Positions 1 through 13,924 are shown, numbered from the stretch's first letter. The stretch: DNA of 64,000 nucleotides from the human T2T-CHM13v2.0 reference genome, Homo sapiens (GCF_009914755.1 NC_060931.1), one strand, 5' to 3'. Notes: a model not told the origin generated them from the sequence alone. Numbers and translations are program-made.

Positions 1-1112
1 CTGGGGCCAGAAGATCTAGCAGCCGAATTCACCTCCTAGGGAATCACAAAAGTATATAGTGGGGGACCCTGCAGCTTGCTGGCATGGTTGGGCACAAGAT
101 GAAGGTAGGAAAAACTCATTGAGACGACAGGGACTCCTCTATATGGAGACCCTATTCCTGTAGCCCTGAGGTGCCTGGGTGATGGGTAAAGTCCTGTTGG
201 GGAGGAGGCCTGCAGGGTTTGAGGCTGCAGCCTGCACATGAACTGGGCGGCAGTGAGCACCGATTTGGGGCAGTGGTGGTCCCAGGAAGGGAGCAGCTGT
301 CACAGTGGTCCTCTCTTTGGCTGATTTTGCATTTGAATCACAAGCAGGATAAAGCTGGAGGCAGAAGGAAGCTTCCGAGGTAAACTTGCAGGCAGTGGGA
401 GGCTTGGGCAGAGGCAAAGAGGAAGCTAGTCCTAAGCGTGTGTTGTATCTGCTGGGCTGGCGCTTGCCTCATTTGGAGCTGAGAGCCTTTTTAAGAGAGG
501 ACAGGCTTGGTTTTGAGATGGAACGCCATATTTCATATACTTACCAGTAGCCTTTTAAAAACAATTTGAAGCTTCCCTGGGTCAGAGACTGATGTGATTT
601 TCAATGGGCTGACATCAAAGCAGCTCCCCTGAGCATAACGGGATGTCAGGTCCCCACAATTATCTTAGGAAGGGTTGGTTGCCAGCCTGGAGCCCCTAGC
701 CTCCAAGTTCTGGTTCATCTGCTGTATTGTGAAAAAGTAATTTGAGGGAAGGGGAGAAGAAGGAGGAACCTGCCTGGGGCCTTTGCATGGGTCTTGCAAA
801 GGCGAGGGGGACAGGTGGGGGTTACTATAGGTCTTTACATGGCACTGACCAGTAAAAAAATCAAACAAACCGTGACTAACAGGAGGGAGCTGATACCTTT
901 TGTCAAGCAAGAATGTTAGAAAAGAAACAACCTGCTCCCCACCTTAAAAGAACAGAAAGAACAGTAGCAGCAACAACAGCAAAACCCACTGTTACTACTA
1001 TTACCAATTCGTGAAAGAAGGGATATTTTAACATGAAAAAGGACTATTCCTAGGAGTGGAATATTCTTGGAATAAAGGACAATTTTCCCAAGAAAGGAAG
1101 GTTGGCTACCTT

Positions 1113-1134
1113 GCACGCACGCGCGCGCGCGCAC

Positions 1135-1169
<35 letters not shown>

Positions 1170-1170
1170 C
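1113..1170. repeat. Compound (GC)n-(CA)n microsatellite
   Basis: gcacgcacgcgcgcgcgcgcacacac... read directly. Confidence 0.95.
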
Positions 1171-2395
1171 CTGAATTATCCTTGTTTTTATTTTTCATCT
1201 TGTGTGGGTCTGATGAAAACTGTCTCATAAATAGGCCTGCTAGATAAGTTGGCTTAGGGGACAAATGACTCTGGGGCTCACCAAGTGTGGGGTGTGAAGA
1301 GAGGACAGTGGAGGGCTTAGATGGAAGAAATGGCTGAGAGATGGTCTGCCCTACTCCAGAGGCTGGTAGAGTGGGGGAATCTTCTAAAAGCAGGCCAGGC
1401 CGATTCTTTTAATGCAACACATTTTAGATTCAGGAAAGAACGGGAGCAAGGGGGAATAATAACAGACTCTCTGAAGGTCAATTACTCTGCTTTCCAGTGG
1501 ACTTTTCTTCCATTTCCCCCTCTTCCTTCATATAGCCCTCACTGTTTGCTGAGCCAATGACCACTGCCCCCTCCATAAAGGTGGACTGAATTTTCCCTTC
1601 ACAAAGAAGCTCTGTCCAACTCAAAGGCCTAGACATAACTTCATCAGGCTCAAGCAGAGTTCAGCTGGGAAGCCCAAGTCTAGAACTCCCAGGATCCAGT
1701 GAAAGTGAAGCACTTTCTGTAAGTTGACAGAAACTTACTTTCTGTAAGTTTACTTCGGCTGGTGGATCACTCCCTGGGGACCCACGTGATAGGTTATTAA
1801 CAGCTTCTCCAGGAGACACAGTTTTTAGCAGCATCACCTTCAGAGACCTTTCTCAGGCTCAGCTTTTTTATTTGTTGTTTGAAGCTGCTGACTTACATCG
1901 TATTTGTCTGCTCTTACTGTGAGTTCTGGCCATCTCCCAAGTGGGAAAATGCCTGGCAAAACATCAATTTCCTCTGAACGGAGATTCTGAATCGTCCATG
2001 AAATAAAAGCTTGTTCCCCAAAAGAAGTTTAATAGAGCCACAACACCAAGGTCACATCTGAGCCACTTGGACTTTTGGTGGTACCAGTGACAGAACACCT
2101 CAATGTTGGGATACACTGCATTAGTCTGTGCCAGGACACATGTATGGCTATGCCTGTGTGTGTTTACACACACATTCACATGCACACACATTTGCTGAGC
2201 CAGGGGTGGGGAGGCAGACTTCTGGGAGAAAGGAAAGGGAGTTTTAAAAGGACAGCTACTCTGTTCTTCACTCTTCTGTGGAATGAACTCTGGGCTAGAG
2301 TGAGGAAAGTCGAATCTGGTCCCAGGTCTGCCTTCTAAGTTGCTGTGGGACCTTCATTTCTTTGAACTTCATCTGCCAAATGGTTACAGAGACAC

Positions 2396-2780
2396 TGTAT
2401 CAGTCAAGATTTAAAACAGGAAAACAGAAATATCTCAAGGTGTTTTGAACAGAATGGAATTTTATACAGAGAATGAAATCTTTACAAAATTCACTGGGAG
2501 AGCCAGCAGAAGGAAGTTGAAGGCCACAAAGTCAGAAAACTGCTGCCATGGTGGTAGCCTCCACTGTCATCATCACACCCTTGAAGCTGGTGACAAGACC
2601 ATGGGCCCCGGAATCCAGCCACCACCAACATTGATTGTCCGACTGCACCTCTGCAGAGAGATGATGGCGTCCTTTGGGTCCCAGTCCCCAAATCTGGCAC
2701 AAATGCAGCTAATGAGCAGAACCTAAGTTGAGCTATGAGAAGCTCTGGGAAGTGTCATTTTTAGCTTTGCCAGCTCTGGA
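2396..2780 (-). mobile_element. Degenerate old MaLR LTR (MLT1-like)
   Basis: Starts tgtatcagtcaag...aacagaaa and ends ctgggaagtgtcatttttagc, resembling antisense MLT1 termini; highly diverged. Confidence 0.35.
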
Positions 2781-4379
2781 GACGGAAGGGTGAAATTGAA
2801 ATTGAGAATCAACCTCGGCATTTGACGTAGTTTTTTTGCTCTGGAGTTCCATGATTTTGCTGGAGAGAGTAGACTTGGGGAGTTTCAGCAGAAATATCAG
2901 CTTTTTCAGGTTTTCATTGGTCTTGCCACACTTCACCCAGCCTCCTGTGTGTGGTTCACAGCCCAAGGGGTGAGGTTGCCTGCATGCTGGAGCAGTGGGG
3001 TTTTGAGGCTCCTTGAGGTCTACTTTAGACATCCACTCTGTGTGGGGGTGGGAGAGCCATGAAGGAATCTGCCAATTGCCTTCTCTTTGGAAAGTTCCTC
3101 CCACCTCAACTCTCAACTTTGTATAAACTTGAAAAATAGAATTGGAAGGACAGAGAAAAATGAAGTTTAGGAGGAAACCAAAAGTTCTTCTCTGGAATCA
3201 CATGGCCAAGGTCTTGGCTTCATAATCTAAGTACAGGTACCCTTCCTCACCAGGGAGGAACTCAAGAAGAGGGTGGCAGGCTGTGGGTTCAGCAGGGTTT
3301 CTATCAGGGAGCTGGAATAGAGGGTGCCAGCTCCATCACCCCTGCTCTGCCCTTCCTTCCCAACAAGGGCAACTTGAGCTAATGAGCAGAATGGAAGCTG
3401 GGAGACTGGGTGCTGGTGTGGGGTATGAGGAGTGGGGGACAGGAAGGAAGAATACAATTTTAACCATTATTCAGTAAGACACATTCCCCATGCTGGCATC
3501 ACTCCTCCAAATTGGCAGTAATTGGTGCCCTCCCACCATTCCTGCCAATTGAGCAGCAGGGAGGAAAGATGGCATGGGGAGAGGAGCTGCCTCTCCTCTA
3601 GAGCGTGGATTCTAGATCCAAACTGGGCAAGCATGGGAGGGCAGTGAGGATGGCGCGTGGCGAGGAGGCTCTGGTGGGGACCTGAGGACACCCAAAGGGG
3701 TCCAGTCTCTTTCCCCTAAGGAGTCCCTAAGGTGCCTCCTTAGGACTTTGTCTTATGGAGACTTTCTGAGAAAGGCCAGGAAACAGTCTTGTTTGTCTGA
3801 GAGGCAGCATCATTCAGAGGTAAGCAGGTAGTTAAAAACTTGAGCCCCTGGTTGATATTGCATCTGGCTGGGACCCTGGACCTAGTCTTCTTGGAGCAGG
3901 GTTGCTACTTGGAGGTAGCATGGCTGATTATCAATATGGGATGCTGCCATTGAGAAGGGGAAGGCATGGAGAGACCAACCCTCTTGCCAGAGGAGGAACT
4001 GTGTGGGTTAAGAGAAGAGTCCACAGATCCTTCCGGGTGCAAATGCCAGAAGCATGAAGGGGGCCACCTCAGTAGAAGACGCTCTGGTCGAGTAGGCGAA
4101 GGAACTGGTTGTGTCTGGGCTCCATCATTTCACCTCTTTGTGCAAGTAGATTCCTCACCCGTGATGGGGTGGTGAGGCCACTCTGCGGAGGGCCCTCTTG
4201 GCCTTGATGGTCTATGATTGCAGGTCTGCAGAGCACCTATCTCCTCCTGTTTCCCACAGGACGTGGGTTCCTGCTCCCCCTGGCCTGTTCGTATTTCTCA
4301 GGAAGGTGGAGGATGGTCTCTGAGTGCCAAAAAGACGCCCTTTAGCTGTTTGAGAGGGCTCGGATGTGCACGGAAAACA

Positions 4380-4900
4380 CTCTCCCATGTTGTTATTCAG
4401 CGGGAAGAAAGAAGAGGAAGAAAAGCAAAGGGAGAAGGTATTGTTTGGGTACAATCTGTGTTTGCAATTTTCCACATCGGTTCTTTTTATGAACGCTCCA
4501 AAAACAAGACAACAGCAGCGGCTGATTCAATATGCGCCATGCAGGAAAACAATAAGGAAAAAAATAAGGGTTTTTAATAAGCACTTGGAAAGGCTGTAAT
4601 TAAATCTCCGGCTCTGTTTGGAAAACAAGAATCTCATTTAGTGCCTTTGCCCCGGCGCTCCCTAATATCTGCACCCGTGTTTTCTGCTGGGCAATTACTG
4701 TGTCCTCCGCGGCTTGATTAACAAATACAGGTGCGGGATGCGCTCAGGAGGGATATCCCAGGACGGAAGGAGGAGCACCTGCGGGGGAGGGGCGGGGGCT
4801 GCAGAAGACTTGGCTCTCACCCCAACAGCTGTCGCGGGGACCTGTGGGAGGTGGGGAAGGAAGAGTCGCAGGGTGGGGGAAGGAGGAGTGAGGGCAGACG
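4380..4900. promoter_or_regulatory. Candidate enhancer/promoter-like unique element
   Basis: Non-repeat, locally CpG-retaining; AACAAT, TAATTA, TTTATGA, TGATTAA motifs; GC box GGGGCGGGG at 4789-4797. Confidence 0.4.
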
Positions 4901-5025
4901 CAGGCCCCCTGCCTCTCCTGCCTGCATTTCCTCAAGTCTCATTCCACGAAGGAGCCAAGGGGTTATGAGAACACAGAGGGCCCCTCTGGCCTAGGAGTCA
5001 GGGACTTTAGAAGAGATGACCAGAT

Positions 5026-5346
5026 GGCCGGGCACGGTGGCTCATGCCTGTAATCCCAGCACTTTGGGAGGCCGAGGTGGGTGTATCACTTCAGGTCAGG
5101 AGTTCGAGATCAGCCTGACCAACATGGTGAAACGCCGTCTCTACGGAAAAAAATACAAAAATTAGCCAGGCGTAGTGGTGGGCACCCGTATTCTCAGCTA
5201 CTTGGGAGGCTGCGGCTTGAACCCGGGAGGGGGAGGTTGCCGTGAGCTGAGATTGCACCACTTCACTACAACTTGGGCAACAGGGTGAGACCATGTCTCA
5301 AAAGAAAAACCAAACAAACAAACAACAAAAATTAAAAAAAAAAAAA
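5026..5346 (+). mobile_element. Alu (AluS)
   Basis: GGCCGGGC start, dimer, A-rich tail; TSD gatgaccaga (5015-5024 / 5361-5370). Confidence 0.95.
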
Positions 5347-5454
5347 GAGAGAGAGAGAGGGATGACCAGAGGAAGAAGGGACATGTCAGCAAGAGAATGG
5401 GAGCCCCGAATCAGTGGGTGTTGTGTGTCCACAGCAATTTTAAAAAACATTTTA

Positions 5455-5727
<273 letters not shown>

Positions 5728-5741
5728 TGAAAAACATTTTT

Positions 5742-5941
5742 CCAGCCTGGGGAATGTGGTGAGATGTCATCTTTACAAAAAATGAGAAAAATTAACTAGG
5801 TATAGTGGCATGCACCTGTGTTCCCAGCTACTTGGGAGACTGAGGTGGGAGGATTGCTTGAGTCCCAGAAGGTCGAGGCTGCAGTGAGTTGTGATTGCGC
5901 CCCTGTACTCCAGCCTGAGTGACAGAAAGAGACCTTATCTC
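5742..5941 (+). mobile_element. 5'-truncated AluJ, no polyA
   Basis: ccagcctgg...linker...gaccttatctc. Confidence 0.88.
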
Positions 5942-5961
5942 ACTCCTTGGTTGATCAGAGA

Positions 5962-6360
5962 GATCAACCAATGAGTGGATAAGGAAAATGTGGTATATAT
6001 ACACCATAGAGTACTACTCAACCATAAAATGAAATGAAATAATGACCTTTGCACCAACTTGGCTGGAGTTGGAGGCCATTATTCTAAGTGAAGTAACTCA
6101 GGAATGGAAAAGTAAGTGTCATATATTCTCACTTATAAGTGGGAGCTAAGCTATGAGGATGCAGAGGCATAAGAATAATATAATGGACTTTACTGACTCG
6201 CAGGGAAGGATGGGAGGAAGGCGAGGGATAAAAGACTACATATTGGGTACAGTGTACACTGCTCGGGTGATGGGTACACCAAAATCTCAGAAATCACCAC
6301 CAAAGAACTTATCTATGTAACCAAAAACCACCTGTACCCCAAAAAGTATTGAAGTAAAAA
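5962..6360 (+). mobile_element. L1 3' end (L1PB-like)
   Basis: caaccaatgagtggataaggaaaatgtggtatatatacacc...gggtacagtgtacactgctcgggtgatggg. Confidence 0.88.
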
Positions 6361-7125
6361 TTGACACATAGTCATTGCATATATTTATGGGGTGCATAGT
6401 AATATTTGGATACATATAATGTGTAATGATCAAATCAGGGTAATTAGCATATCCATCATCTTAAACATTGATAATTTCTCTGTGTTGGGTACACTCAAAA
6501 GCCTCACCTCTATTTGAAACTATCCAATAAATTATTGTTAACTATGGTCCCTCTACAGTGGTATGGAACACTAGAACTTATTCCTCCCATCTAGCAGTCA
6601 TTTTGTAACCTATAACCAACCTCTTCCTATCCACACCTCCTCCTCACCCTTCTCAGTGTCTGGTAAACTCTCTTCTACTCTCTGCTATGAGATCAACTTT
6701 TTCTTTTAGCTTTCACATGAGTGAGAACATGGAGTATTTATCTTTCTGTGCCTGGTTTATTTCACCAACAATGTACTCCAGGCTCATCCATGTTGCTGCA
6801 AATGACAAGATTTCATTGTTTTTTGATAGCTGAATAATATTCTATTTGTGGATATATACCATATTTTCTTTATCCATTAATCTGCTGATGGACACTTAGG
6901 CTGATTCCATATCTTTGCTATTGTGACTAGAGTGGCAGTAAACATGGGGCTGTAGATATCTCTTTGGTCTACTGATTTTCTTTCCTTTGGATATATATTG
7001 GTAGTGGGATTGCTGGATCTTATGGTAGTTCTGTTTTAGCTTTTTGAGGAACCTCCATACTGTTTTCCATAATGGTTGTACAAATTTACGTACCAATACT
7101 GTGTAAGAATTCCTTTTCTCTGCAA
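6361..7125 (-). mobile_element. L1 3' end (L1MA-like)
   Basis: gtgtaatgatcaaatcagggtaattagcatatccatc...gaggaacctccatactgttttccataatgg; ORF 6896..7186 carries the L1 ORF2 C-terminal motif VQPLWKTVWRFLKKLK. Confidence 0.9.
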
Positions 7126-7319
7126 ACAGGGATATTTCTTTGCAGGAAATTAGCCAATTTGTATAGTATGTGCTTGTCCTTGCCAAGTTGTATTGAGTGG
7201 GTTTGAACTTCTACAGTTCAAAGCAGCTGCCTTGACCACAGTCCTCCACCTGTCCCATAGAAATACCATGCCTTCCCCCATGGTATTAGTCACTTTTTTT
7301 TACAGAATAGTCACTAGGG

Positions 7320-7540
7320 GTCAGGCACCATACTAAGGACTCTTTCTACTCTGTCACTGAATCCCCTCAACACAGTCAGAGGATAGGTGCTGCTGTTACT
7401 AGCTCTGTTTTCTGGATGGGGAAGTTGAGGAACAGAGGTTAAGTCTTGTGTCCAAGAATCACTAGCTAGCAGGAGATGGGGCCAGCTCTTGAACCCAGGC
7501 TGTCTGGTTCCAGGGGGTTTGCTGTTCACCCTGCCTGCTA
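7320..7540 (-). mobile_element. MIR
   Basis: gatggggaagttgaggaacagaggttaagtcttgtgtccaagaatcac...gaacccagg MIR core. Confidence 0.75.
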
Positions 7541-10019
7541 TGCTTGCTTATCAGAGACACTTTCACTGCTCTCTTTCTGCCTCTTGCTCTGGGTGCCAGA
7601 GTCTCAGGCATTTTAACAGAGTGCCTGCTGGGAGAGGGGAGACGGGGAACCTTGGCCAGGTTTGGGCTGGAGGAGGGGCCGAGCTTCTTCTCCTGGGGCC
7701 CTGTGTTCCAGGGATATGGTGGTGGGACTTGCACTGAGAGGCGATGCATCAGTGGGGAGCAGGGTCTGCAGTCTTGCATAAAGCTACTAAGACTTAAAGC
7801 ATTTTCCAGAGGCTTTTCCAAATCTTAATGCAGTATCCAAATATTATATACTATAATGTTATAATATACTGTAACATTGATTGAGTGCTTTGTCCAGAAG
7901 TACAGCTCAGGTAGGCAGTGCCTAGAGAGCTGAAGAAATCTGTTGACTTTGATATCTTGTCCTTATTTATGGGCTCTTTTTTCAACTCTCTGAAGCAGAG
8001 CCTGAGTCCTTTGGAAACATTTGGCCTTTACTTTCCATCTTTCTGCGACCTTCAGTAAAGCATCCTCCCTCCCTGAGTCTCAAGGACAGATGGATTTCCT
8101 TGCTAGAGATTGCGTCCAATTCCATGGTGCTGCCTTATGGCTTTCCAATCCCCTACTCCTGTCACGGCTGCATCTCAGTTCTAGCCAGAAGCTGGCTCTG
8201 CCCCATCCTTCCTCAGCTCCTCCCAACAGTGCTGAGGGTACGACTCCCTGTGCCAGCTGGAAGTCACCCTATTTGGTGTGTGTGCTCATGGTAACTCTGT
8301 GCCCAGTGCCAGGCTCCTGGAGAAGAGCTGAGATTCTAGAGCAGCCAGTTCCCTCCACATTCCTTGGCATAGCTCCTCTCACCTCCTGAAATGAAGGGAA
8401 GGAAAGCTCTTGATGCTGCTCACTGCTGCCTCTTCTGAGGCTCTTGAGGCTGCTGTTGCCTGTTGCTGCTGTGGCTTTGAGGAAACAGCTTTTGAGGAGT
8501 TGTTGCCTGTGTCAGCTCAACAAAGAGAGAGAAACAGAAAGAACAAGAGTGAGAGGGAGTGGGGTGAGCAAGTGAGCATCACTGAATAGGGAAGCCAATT
8601 AATATTCTTGGAACAAACTCTCTGAGCACTATCTGCTGTCATCAGCAAGCCAATGCAAATGCTGAAAATCCAGATAAAGATGGGAGCAGCAGCTCATTCC
8701 TTTAATGCCAGGACATTCTGCTTGGTGTTGTCTTGAGAAGGTGACACAGTTAACTATTACCCTTTAGTAGTAATCACAAACTGTAGAAAGCACCTGAGTA
8801 TGTCACTAATAACACCACCTGGCATGCATATTGCACTCTCTTCTGGGAGCTCTGATGGTAGAGAATGCATGGTTTCATGTACTGTTGCCGACAAACTTGG
8901 AGCTGCCATACCCGCCCTATTTTCCAGATTCACATACAGAGGCTGGGGAGATCATAGTATGTCAATGGCTAAAGCAGGTTTCTTAATCCCAAGCCATTGC
9001 TTCTTCATTGAAATTTCTTAACTATACAGGATCTTGAATTTAGGCCTCTTGGGTTCATGACAGTGGCTAGAGGTGATGAGCTAAAATCAGAAATGACTTC
9101 ACTTGTAGTGTTAGTACCTTTTGGGAAGCAAAGTTTAAAAGCATGCTTAAAGGACATCAAAATAATCCAAAGAAACACAGTATGTCCCTAGGACACTCTG
9201 GGGGAAGCTGTACTTCCACACAGTCCTTTTAGTCCTTCCTGGGGAAGTGGGGGAGCTCTATCAGCCATTTAGGTGCCAGACCTTGGATAGATTCAGGTCC
9301 TCACTGTGGATTTTACTGCCTCTAGAATATGGCTCAACACCTTTTTGCTGCTAAGTAATGCAAACAAGTGTGTATCTTATTTGGATGACCTGGGTAGACC
9401 TCACACTAGCAGGAAAGAAAAGGACAACAGAGACAAACATCAGGACTATATTGGATGAGGCCTGAGCTGGCTGACCTCTAAGTTCCTTTCACACAGAAGT
9501 TTCTGTGCATCTGTGATTCTCTACATAGCTGAGTAGGAAGGAAGAAAGAGATAAATTTGAAAGCGATGTACATGTTGAGATGTGGGACGAGGTTGGTACC
9601 AATCTCCCAGAGTGACCTGGCCTCTCCCTCCCACCCACCTGTCACCCACGCTGAGGGTACCCTAGTTCTCTGAGGATGAGATCCAAGTCTGACCTAAGGG
9701 CCAAGGCCAGATAATTTGCCAATTTCTAACTCTGCAGGCCTCTCTGCTACACCACGCAGCATCTCCTCTCTTCTTTTGCCCCAATCCATGAAGCTTTTCA
9801 GCTGCTCTTCCCAACCTTCCCAAAGTTTTTTGTTGTTGTTTGACCATTGTATGGATAAGAGGATACCCAAGTCACCCCCTCTTCCCAACCAAACTGCCAG
9901 GAAGTCCAGCCACTATCAGAGAGTCCAAAACATGGAAGGTCTCACAAAGGTTTGCTGGAGTGATTTGAATTGCTGTGCCTCGACAGGGCAATGCATTTAT
10001 GCTTCCAAAACTCAGCATG

Positions 10020-10480
<461 letters not shown>

Positions 10481-11539
10481 GCAGTGTGCCATTCTTTTGT
10501 GTGATGTGGAGCCTGTGACTTTTGGGTCATGGAGGTTCTCCTTTGACTTCCTCATTAGCGCATAGTGACCTGGTTTGTGACTCTGTCTTCATGTTTCTCA
10601 CAGGACTCACTTTTATGGAATTGAGCTTGGTTTTAAAGGCCTTCTTGTAGCAGAACCAGAGTTTTCTATCTCTCATTTATTCCTTAACCTGTATTGTCCC
10701 GAGTGTTCTTATTTCACCCGCAAGCCTCAGTGTTGGGAAAAAAATAGCTGTTCAGGTGGGCTTTGCCAGCACAAATCTGGAATTTTCTGTGCCCCAGTGG
10801 GGCCCTTCTTCATTGGCACAGTCGTGGTGCAGGAGGTTTTCATGTGACTTCATCCTGGGATCGGGCTAATCTCCTCCCTCAATCCTGACTCTAAGGCAAG
10901 GACTTCATCGGCAGATTCCACTGGGGACTTTGGCCACTTTGGAAGCAAAGTCTTTTTGCAGGAGATTCAGAATGATCCCTGCCCTGTGCCCTTCACCTTG
11001 CTAACCTCCTGGCTGAGGGAAGAGCATGAGTCTGAGCATGAGACTCTGTTGGGAGGAGAAGAAGCTGAGATGAACTCTGATGTATTAGAACACTGGTGGC
11101 ATGGCCTTCTCAGTGCTGAGTGTGCCTAGCTTTCACCAAGACCCATGTCAAAGGCCTGAAGCCAGGTAGACCCATGGGAGTAGGATCCTTCTGGGATGTA
11201 CATTGGACCAGGGAAGATTTAGAGCTTTGCCAACCTTCAGCAGTCTCCACAGGGTCCCAGGCTGGGCTCTGAGGAGGGGTGGAGGAGATTGAAAATGGTT
11301 ATCCAAGGGCTCTCTTCAAGGTATGGGGAACTTCTCTCAAGCTGCATTTTGAACACTTCATTAGCTTATGGGCTGCTCTGGTGGAGTAGATTGAAAGGTT
11401 GGCTCTCAATTCATTATTTTCTGCTCTTCTACTTGCTTGCATTTTATAGGTGGGCCACATTTTTTAAATGTCTCAGTTTGCTCCTGTATAAAATAGAGAA
11501 AATCATCCCAGAATAATCATTTTGATAATAATAATAACA

Positions 11540-11935
11540 CTGCATTCACCTGGTGTTTTTGAATACCTGCTACATGCCAGGTACTGTTTAATGGCACCAG
11601 GGATACAAGTGAGCACAACATAATTCATGCCTTCATGGAGCTTACATTCTAAAAGAGGATAGAGAAAACACAAACATAAAAATAATATTTAGTATATCAG
11701 AAAGTAATACATTTTAGGAAAAAAAAATAAAGCAGGAATGGGAGGTAGGGAGTGGTGGAGAGAGAGGTACTATAGGGTATAATCAGGGAAAGTCTTACTG
11801 ATAATTAGAAGAAAGTGAGGGAGCAAGCCACATGGCTATTTTGGAGAAAGCTTCTAAGCATAGGAAATAGCAAATGCAAAGACTTTGAGGCAGCAGTATG
11901 TTCAAGCAACAGCAAGGTGACCAGTGTGGCCAGAT
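11540..11935 (-). mobile_element. L2 3' fragment, with MIR pieces at ~11420-11530 and ~11975-12085
   Basis: gaatacctgctacatgccaggtactgt...ccttcatggagcttacattcta. Confidence 0.75.
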
Positions 11936-13877
11936 GACAGCACCGATCATGACAATAATAACAGCAAAGCCGATGAGATAGGTACTATTTTTATCTTCAT
12001 TTTGCAGGTGACTTGCCTAAGGTTATACAGCTACCATGCGGTCGAGCTTAGAGAAGACAGCTTGACTACAGGTCTTGCTCTCTTAGTCATTAAAAGGCAG
12101 GAGGTGGGAAGGAGTTTCCAGTATTTGTCAAATGCAGCCAGCTTCTTAGAGAGGGAGGGATCTATGCACATATGTAGTGGAGGGGAGGGGTGCTTTCCCT
12201 TCTCTTCTCCTACCAGTTAATCAGAGAATATGTTAGTACAACACAGTCAATTTTTATGGATACCCAGATGCAGTAGCCCTGCGTGGACCCAGAGGGAAAA
12301 AGCTTCAGAAACAAGAGAAAGAAATAGGAGCCCTGTGGCTGACTACTGAGAGAATGATTATATTTTCTGCTGCCCCTTCTGGGTTTCGCTCCCTTCTGCT
12401 GCCGTAGGCACTGGCCGTGGTGCTGAATGCTGATGTGCTGAATGCAGGGTGAACTCGTCTGTGCAAGGTGATCCTCGCTAGTGCAGCAGTCAGTATGGCG
12501 GGTGTCTGTATGTCTGATGCAGGATATTGGTATGGACAGGCGATGAGAGCTGAGAGGAAGAAGGTGTGGCAGAAGTGAGATTGGCTTGCCCATTTCTCGT
12601 TCTAAGGTTGGTTCACTGTGCACTAAGCATAATGGTTTCAGTGGTTCAGTCCTGGCGTGATGCTGGAGAGGTCGCTGTGCCGGGGCAGCAGCTGGAAGTG
12701 CCCAGGAGTGGAGTAGTGTCCATTGCTCATAGCAGCAAAGCTGCCTTTTCTGTGATCCCAGGCCATTCACATTTCCACATTTGTGCTTTGATTGTTTTAT
12801 TTCTCTACGCAGGAATGTTTAAAATCTGCCTTAAATCACCTTTGATTTCATGGAGCTACATTAGCTATCTTTTTTAAAATGCATGTGTTATATGTGTAGC
12901 TTATTTCACACAATCTAAGAGTTAATCCTATTTTCTTGTCTAATCAACGTTTTCTTGAGATCACAGAAATTATTCTCCAATCTCTTTTGTAATTCTCACT
13001 GCTGCACAGTTGTGGGTACGGGACCGATTTGCAAATATCTCAGATCATTTTGGGCCTTGGCGCTTTTCAAAAGCTTCTTGTATCCTCTTCTGGATCTCTT
13101 TTTCATCGGAGTCATGACAGTATTTTCAGGGCTAAAATCTCATTTATTAAGCCGGTTGATTTTTTGAGACATCAAATAGCCATCTATATGTTGAGCATTA
13201 TAGAGGAGGGGTGGGGATATGTGGCTGAATGATGAGGAGGCAAGGGTGAATAAAATCAAAGGGACAATATTTATGGCCCTTAGCAGGAAGGGCAACTATG
13301 TTACATTTTGTGGGTTAATTATAAAAATTATACATTGCTTTGGCTTGTCCCCAACTGCTGCCCCAGACAGCAGCCTGTTGGGTTATTGGTCTTCTGTGGA
13401 TGCATAGTTTGAGTGCTTGAGTTATTGACATTTAGCCATATCTTTTTTTGAAGGAGATATTACCTCATTGTTCTAGTTCTTTGGCCTGGATATTTGGATA
13501 GAGTCAGTAAACATGATCCTGCCTTGGGGGAATCCAGGTTCCTCCTCTCCTGGAATCAGACAGAAAGGAACAGAATGAAAGAAGAGCTTTTGATCAAGAA
13601 TGACCCTTCTTCATCAACTCTGTCCATGTGGTGACCCAGGTAAATGCTGCCAATACCTTTCTCCATGATCTTTCTTAGAGACTTGGCAGGTGCTTTTGTA
13701 ATTTGGACAACAACAATGTATTAAGTAACAGAACTTTTTCTCAGCTCTGGGAGAAACTTGCAGATGTTTCATGACTGTGGGGATATCACAGAAAAAGCAT
13801 TAAACTTTCCAGCATGCCTGGGCCCAATATTAATCACCTGTCAGCCAGGAATCTTGGTGAGCAGGAAGGAGAAAATG

Positions 13878-13879
<2 letters not shown>

Positions 13880-13921
<42 letters not shown>
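13880..13921. repeat. (GT)~20 microsatellite
   Basis: Read directly. Confidence 0.97.

Positions 13922-13924
<3 letters not shown>

Noticed and set aside
4640-4900. CpG island
   Set aside because: Too short and too sparse by eye; kept only as an enhancer candidate
12210-12770. Longest ORF in the track (186 aa, minus strand)
   Set aside because: No recognisable domain or family and no exon context; an ORF this long is plausible by chance in 64 kb of six-frame sequence
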